DNA from: Sminthopsis crassicaudata
Lineage: Eukaryota
Length of the DNA: 64,000 nucleotides
Assembly (NCBI RefSeq): GCF_048593235.1
Contig: NC_133619.1
Coordinates: forward strand, 640,624,558 to 640,688,557
Direction of reading: 5' to 3'
The notes under the pieces are model-generated. The model was given only the letters and a program-made list of their open reading frames with translations, did not search any database and was not told the origin of the DNA. Positions 46,321-64,000 of the stretch are shown here, piece by piece. Positions within the stretch are counted from its first letter, which is position 1. Each line of letters opens with the position of its first letter. A program made the position numbers and the translations under genes.

Positions 46321-48319
46321 AGAATGAGGATTGAGAAAAGGCCGATGGATTTGGCAATGGGGAGGTCAGCCTTGAAAGGGGCTTTAGAGTGCAGGCTGTC
46401 TGAGCCGGAGGGGCTGCGGCTGGGAGCAGAGCCCTCTGTGGGAGGTGTTTGCTGGGGGCCCAGCAGTCAGTAATCCTTAGGATCCTGTCCCTGGGCTGCC
46501 TCCAAGGTGTGTCCTACAGATACCTGGCTGACTGGGTGGGGCAGAGCAAACATTTCCAGGGAAGAGGGAGAGTCTTGGCTGTGGAGGAGGGTGCATTTCT
46601 TTCTGTCACTGATTTACTGAGTGACCTTGGGAAAGCCCATTTCTCAGATTTCTCACTTGTAAAAAGCAGAGTTTGGGCCAGTGGGTCTCAAGCTTCCTTT
46701 GTGCTGACATCTTATGTTTTCTATCCACAAAACGCCCTTCCTGCTCTACAATCTGTGTTCTTAAATCTCTTTTATTTATTTTACTTGTATCTCCGGCCCT
46801 TATCACACATGTCTGGCTCATAACAAGCACTTAATAAATGCTTGTGGATTGATTGATTTTGTGTAGGAACTGAGGCTGTTTGCTTTGGAGAGGAGGCGGC
46901 TCGGGAAGGGCTGTGAACCCCGGCTTCGGAGACAGGGCTGTCACCTGGAGAGGAGATTAGATTTGTTCTGCCGGGCCTTGAGGGCCCAACGAGGAGCCCA
47001 GCGGGAAGAGTTACAGGGAAGCTCTGTGTCCTAGGACTTCACGCGTGACGAGCAGGATCTGGTCATCGTCGACCTGGGCCTCGAACTCAAAGAGAAACTG
47101 GGCCGCTGGGCCCCACACGAGAGGCCCGGAGGCGACCCTGACCTAGAAAACCACACACTCCATTTTTATTTATTTTGCTAAATGTTTCTCAGTTACATCT
47201 TGCTCCGATCCAGTGGGCCCCATGCAGTCTGGACGCCGACATCCGACACCTCTGTGCGACGGCCCAACGGGTTAACCAGGAGTCCTGAAGCCTTGCTGAG
47301 AAGGCCTCCAATGAGGAAGAACCGGCCCTTCTGAGGCAGCCCATCACTCCAGGTTCCTTGTTAGGAACCGTTCCGTAACAGCAAGCCCATATTTACTTGA
47401 AGTACCTTAAACCGGTTACTTGGGGCCAAGAAAAACAAAGGGGTGGGATGAGGTGGGGTGATTGTTCCTTCATCTCAGTTCTGGCCTTCAGCTACAGGAT
47501 GACCTCAGGAAAGTGAGTTTTGCTCTGAGCTTGAGAGATTTTTTTTCCTGTAAAATGAAAGGCTTGGACTGGATGGTCCCTTCATAATCTTGTGTAGGAC
47601 CTGGAGAAGTTTCTCTTGAGAAGAGACATCTGGGGAAGGGGGAGATTTGATACGGTCCCTGTTTTAAGCATTAGAACGGGAGACCCGTTGAGAACTGGCC
47701 CCGGACAGCAGAGGAAGAAGGGCCGTGGTGCATTACGTTAATTCCTTTCTCAGGAACTTTGATTTCATGGTAGTCTCCATTTGGAGGGAATTTGACCATC
47801 GTGATGGCCCCTGCCTGTTCCTATGGGCTCTACTGTGCTAATATTGCATAGGAGTCATTCATTTTTAATACTTTTGTGATTCTCCACGTTGGGGAACATT
47901 CCCATATCTGAGCCACATTTGGGGTGTGAGCTTGGGCTCTCCCTCCGTCTCATTTTCCTTACATTTCTGTGAAAAGGAGCGAGTGGGAAGATGGCAACAG
48001 AACCTTCCTGTGCTGACATCGGGCAATGCCAACCATTGGCCAGCCTGTGCTTGAAAATCTCCATTGAGAGCTAATTGGCTATTTTGATATTGCTAAGTGT
48101 CACAGGAAGAGACTGTGGAGGCTGCAGAGTCCAACCCTTTCCTTTTACAGAGAGGGGAACTGAGGTCCCAAGGGATTTCCTCCAAGTCGCTCAATGAGTC
48201 AGTGCCAGGGGCGGCCTGAAACCTAGGGATCCTCGCTCTGGGTCTGCCTCTGCCCTTAGAAACGAGGGCTTGCTTGGCATTGGGAGGCTGGAAGTGTTTT
48301 AAAGGAAGGAACAACATCT

Positions 48320-48761
48320 CCCTGTTCTATAATATTAACTTTAATTACAAAGTAGGGGAGGAGGAGGGAAAACTGGGAAGCTCGGGCCAGACTCCCCTCC
48401 AGGAGCTCAGGCTGCCCATGTCCCCCTGCTGTTCCCACTAGGGGGTGTTCCGGGCCTCTGTGTACCGGCAGCTTGTCCGTCCTAAGAGCCTCTCTCCACC
48501 TCTAACACTGGATCCCTTTAGCTGTCCTACTGTCCAGCAGCTGCTGAGGACAGGATCTAGTGTCCAGTCTTCTCAGTTCTCGTTCAGCCTGAGGAACCAG
48601 CTCTCTCAGCTTCCTGTCCCTAGGAGGATATCCAGCCTCCTCTGCTCCACAGAGCCAGCCATCTGGGCCTCCAGGAGTAACTCCATCCCCGTCCTTCCAG
48701 GGACCCAAGAGCCTGGCTCCCGGCTCCTCCCCCTCCCCAGAACCTCCTCTTCCTTCTGCTC
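48320..48761 (-). other. Putative non-coding last exon (3' UTR) of KCNN4
   Basis: Donor G|GTAAGG 3 nt after the KCNN4 stop (49952-49951); minus-strand ATTAAA at 48345-48340; possible acceptor at 48763-48762 (uncertain). Confidence 0.45.
48435..48447 (+). promoter_or_regulatory. CTCF-like motif
   Basis: CCACTAGGGGGTG matches the CTCF core CCAC(C/T)AGGGGGCG except at one base. Confidence 0.4.
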
Positions 48762-49104
48762 CTGAGTTGCTGGTATGACTTGGAGAAGGCCTGTGGTCTG
48801 CAGCTCCTGGGGTCCTTGACTCCCAGCCCCGTAGCAGCTTCGAAATTCACCCGTTCATTGCTTGGGTGAACAGGGTACCCCTGGCCCAGCCAGGGACTCG
48901 CCTAGCAGCTGTTGGAGAGAGGGACTCCCCTGGATTTGGGTCCCTCGTCAATGCTTTTGAAGTGAAAGGGGATAACTTCAGCCTTGTCCCCTGGGGCCAA
49001 AGGAGTCAAGATTCCCCTTCCACAGTCCCTGGCGGGGGGGGGGGGGGGGGGAAGGGGGAGTGGAGAGAAAGAGAAAAGAGAAAGAGGAAGAGAGAGAAGG
49101 GGAA

Positions 49105-60585
<11,481 letters not shown>

Positions 60586-60875
60586 GGGCCTGGGGGCCTT
60601 GGGGCCGGGGGGAGCCCGCCCCCAGGGCCCGGAGCCGCCCCCGCCCAGCGCGCAGAGCGTCGCCAGAGCTGGCTCCGGAGCTAGCGGAAAGCTGGGGAGG
60701 GAGCCGCGGGAGCCACAGAAGCCGGGAGGCGCAGCCAACGAGTCTGGCGGAGAGCCGGGCGGCGGGGGGCCGGGAGCACGAGCGCTCCGGAAAGAGCCGG
60801 CCAGAGTTTGGGGAGAGCCCCGCCAGTGCTTAGAGAAACTTACGCAGAGCCTAGCCAGAATTCCCCAGAGAGCCC

Positions 60876-61205
60876 AGAGACAGCTCAGAGACAGCCCGGA
60901 GAGAGACAGCTCAGAGACAGCCCGGAGAGAGACCGCTCAGAGACAGCCCGGAGAGAGACAGCTCAGAGACAGCCCGGAGAGAGACCGCTCAGAGACAGCT
61001 CAGAGACAGCCCGGAGAGAGACCGCCCAGAGACAGCCCGGAGACCGCTCAGAGACAGCCCGGAGAGAGACCGCTCAGAGTCAGCCCGGAGAGAGACCGCT
61101 CAGAGACAGCTCAGAGACAGCCCGGAGAGAGACCGCTCAGAGACAGCTCAGAGACAGCCCGGAGAGAGACCGCTCAGAGACAGCCCCGACACCTCTCAGA
61201 GACAG
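60876..61205. repeat. About 26-nt minisatellite roughly 300 nt upstream of the KCNN4 ATG
   Basis: gagagagaccgctcagagacagcccg with an 11-nt ctcagagacag subunit, about 12 copies. Confidence 0.9.
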
Positions 61206-62795
61206 CCCGGACACGGCTCCAGAGACAGCCCGGGGACCGCTCCGAGACATCTCCGAGAGAACGACAGCGCGGGGAGTCCGGGAGAGAGGCGAGAGAGTTC
61301 AGAGAAAGCGTGGAGAAAGAGCAGAATCAAGGAGGGCGCCAGCCAGAGGGGGCTTGGTCGGAAAGCTGCAAATGAGCCCCGTCCGGTGCCGGGAGCCAGG
61401 GCAATATCTGTACTCTGTACCAGCCAGAGGCTGAGACCCAGAGGGCAGGGAGGCAGGGAGGGAGGGGCCTGACCGCGGCACAGCCCGTGGCTGCCAGGGA
61501 GGGAGGGGAGAAGGAGGGGCTCAGGGTGATCTCCCCCGCCTTCAGACACCCTCCCTCCCTCCCTCCCTCTTTCCCCCGGCCAGGGAAGTGCCAGGGGCTG
61601 GTGGCGGCAGATCTCTCAGCGTCCTTTCACGTACCCCAATACCCTCAGAGTCAACCAGAGGACAGAACCAGAGAGGGGCAGAACCGGGGCAAAACTCGGA
61701 CCATAGATTGTCAGATCACTCAGTCTACCAAGAAGGATTTGTTGAGCACCTACTGTATACCAGAACTTTTTTGGGGCACTGGGGATAGGAAAGCAAAGAA
61801 TGAAAAAAAATATGCCATGTTTAAAAGGAAGATTGGGAGCCCCCCCCCCAAAAAAAAAGAACGTGTGAGTTATCAAGGATCATATCAGCCTTGGAAGGAA
61901 AGTTAGAATCAAGAATATCAGACGAGGAAAATCTTAGAACATAGAACATCACAGCTAGGAGGAAACTTAGAACTTTGAACTATGGGATCTTTTAAGCTGA
62001 AAGGACCTTAAAGTACAGAACTTCAGAGGGAAAAGTAGCCAAAGAGCACAGTGTCATAAGATGTCAACTCTTTTTAGCACCCAAAGGTGTTCCCAAGCTA
62101 ACCCTCTTATCTTTCCAGTCATCCACACATCCACGTTCTAGTGTCCAGACACAGTGTTTCTCACACATGGCTCCCCATTTCCTCTCTGTGACTTTACATA
62201 ACAGCCCCACATCTGGAGCACCCCCCCTCCCACATTTCACCTCACGGAACCCTTCCTTCCTTCTAGACTTAGCTTGACCATCACCTTTTGCCCAAAGCCT
62301 CTCCTTATCCCCTAGCTTCGGTCCTTCCGCTCCCTCTCTCATTTTTTCTTCTTCCTTTAAAGAACCTGTATATAATTTTCCTGTATAAACTTCTGTTTGC
62401 ACATTTTCTACCTTGATTGAATGTAAGCTCCCTGAGAGCTTACAGGAACTGTTTCGTTTATTATCTAGCAGGGTACCTGGAACATAGCACATCTTTAATA
62501 AATGCTTGTTGAGTGATTGATTAGAATAGAGAACGTCATTTCTAGGAGCAAGGGGGAACTTTAGAATCTTAGAACTAGAGCTGTAACTAACACAGGATGA
62601 CCAGGGTTTTAACTTAGGGTGCAACAATAGGGTGAAGAATGGCACAGTTCTTCCAAAAAGCAGTTGACCATGATCTTGATCAGTAGAGGATTGATTGGAG
62701 AGGAGATGCCGGCTCCATGGGGGAGGAGGTTTAACCAAAAGCCTGCTCCATCCTCCACCAAAGAGACTGTACCCAGTCAGGATAGATTGGGTCAA

Positions 62796-63300
62796 GCAGG
62801 AGGAATGGCTTGGAGAGACTTGCATGAACTGATGCTGAGTGAAATGAGCAGAACCAGAAGATCGCTGTACACTTCAATGCTGTATGAAGATGGATTCTGA
62901 TGGAAGTGGATATCTTCAACATAAAGAAGATCCAACTCACTTCCAGCTGATCAATGATGGACAGAAATAACCACACCCAGAGAAGGAACACTGGGAAGTG
63001 AATGTAAATTGTTAGCACTACTGTCTATCTACCCAGGTTACTTATACCTTCGGAAGCTAATACTTAATGTACAACAAGAAAATGGTATTTACACACATAT
63101 ATTGTATCTAGGTTATATTGTAACACATGTAAAATGTATGGGATTGCCTGTCATCAAGGGGAGGGAGTAGAGGGAGGGAGGGGAAAATGTGGAAAAATGA
63201 ATACAAGGGATAATGTTATAAAAAAAAATTTACTCATGCATATATACTGTCAAAAATGTGTAAATAAATAAAAAAAGAATAATTAAGCAAAAAAAAAAAA
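62796..63300 (+). mobile_element. 5'-truncated L1 (3' end with poly-A) flanked by a 16-bp target-site duplication
   Basis: ggatagattgggtcaa at 62780-62795 and 63301-63316; internal catgaactgatgctgagtgaaatgagcagaaccag L1 3' motif; AATAAA and A-tail. Confidence 0.9.
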
Positions 63301-63599
63301 GGATAGATTGGGTCAAAAAGACTCATTCTTTATGGAGTACTGTTCTTGAAATCAAGAACTGGATTTGAATCCTGCTTTGGATTGGGATATTGGGCAATGT
63401 TACTTCTCTGTGCCTTAGTTTCCCTATTTGTAAAGCTGGGAAGGGAGGTTATTGAGGTCCCTTCCAGCTCGAAAATCCCAATTCCTATATATGTGAAATC
63501 AGAAGAAGTGATTTCTAAGAAGCTCTTAAATTCTAAGTTTAATAATAAAATAATATCTGACATATGCTTAATGGAAGGCTTTCAAAGCACTTTACATGT

Positions 63600-63760
63600 G
63601 TCATCTCATTTAATCCTCACAACCTTTGAGCAAAGTTAATAGTTACTAGCCCCATTTTGCATACGAGGAAACTGAGGCAAAACGATAAGTGACTTGCCCA
63701 GGGTCAGTTAGCCCACAAGTGTCTAAGACTGGATTTGAAGTCAGTTTTCTCTGACTTTAA
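63600..63760 (-). mobile_element. MIR-type SINE
   Basis: atctcatttaatcctcacaacc...cccattttgcatacgaggaaactgaggca...gtgacttgcccagggtc...ggatttgaa. Confidence 0.75.
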
Positions 63761-64000
63761 ATTCAGTATTCTATTTTTGTGATTCCACAACAATCATACC
63801 GTTGTGTAGGTGCTACCATTATCCTTATTTGTAAAATGAGGAAACTGAACCCAAAGGACTGACTACCTTGTTATTTGCACATATTCTGATCATGCTTCCA
63901 TATGTATTCCTCGATAGAACTAAGCTTTCCCTCCCTCTCAGTGCCTGGAACATCACTGGTAACACATGCCTGCTTGATGATTGACTTACGCACTGACCTG

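Overview
GC-rich mammalian genomic DNA, almost certainly marsupial, judging by WSINE1/MAR1-type SINEs and marsupial L1. A dasyurid-like species is my inference. The block is syntenic with the human chr19q13.31 IRGC-SMG9-KCNN4 region. Gene order: 3' part of a multi-domain GPI-anchored LY6/uPAR-family gene (+), IRGC (+, single coding exon), a second two-exon immunity-related GTPase (IRG) gene (+), an orphan CpG island, SMG9 (-, 13 coding exons mapped) and KCNN4 (-, 8 coding exons, one apparent homopolymer frameshift). The strongest novelty candidate is the second IRG gene (CDS 14135-14732 + 19418-20034, 404 aa). Its ORF is intact, but the P-loop Lys, the switch-I Glu and the G3 DxxG motif are all substituted, which predicts a pseudo-GTPase. 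Its CDS is split by an intron at the end of G-domain helix 4. It appears to be driven by a duplicate of the IRGC CCAAT + RFX X-box promoter and non-coding exon, and it is surrounded by several NF-kB-consensus sites. The window also holds at least six large minisatellites: two are seeded from ancient SINE/LINE2 sequence, and one is a 15-nt array in SMG9 intron 2 that is open in several frames. All calls were made by eye, and no database searches were run.
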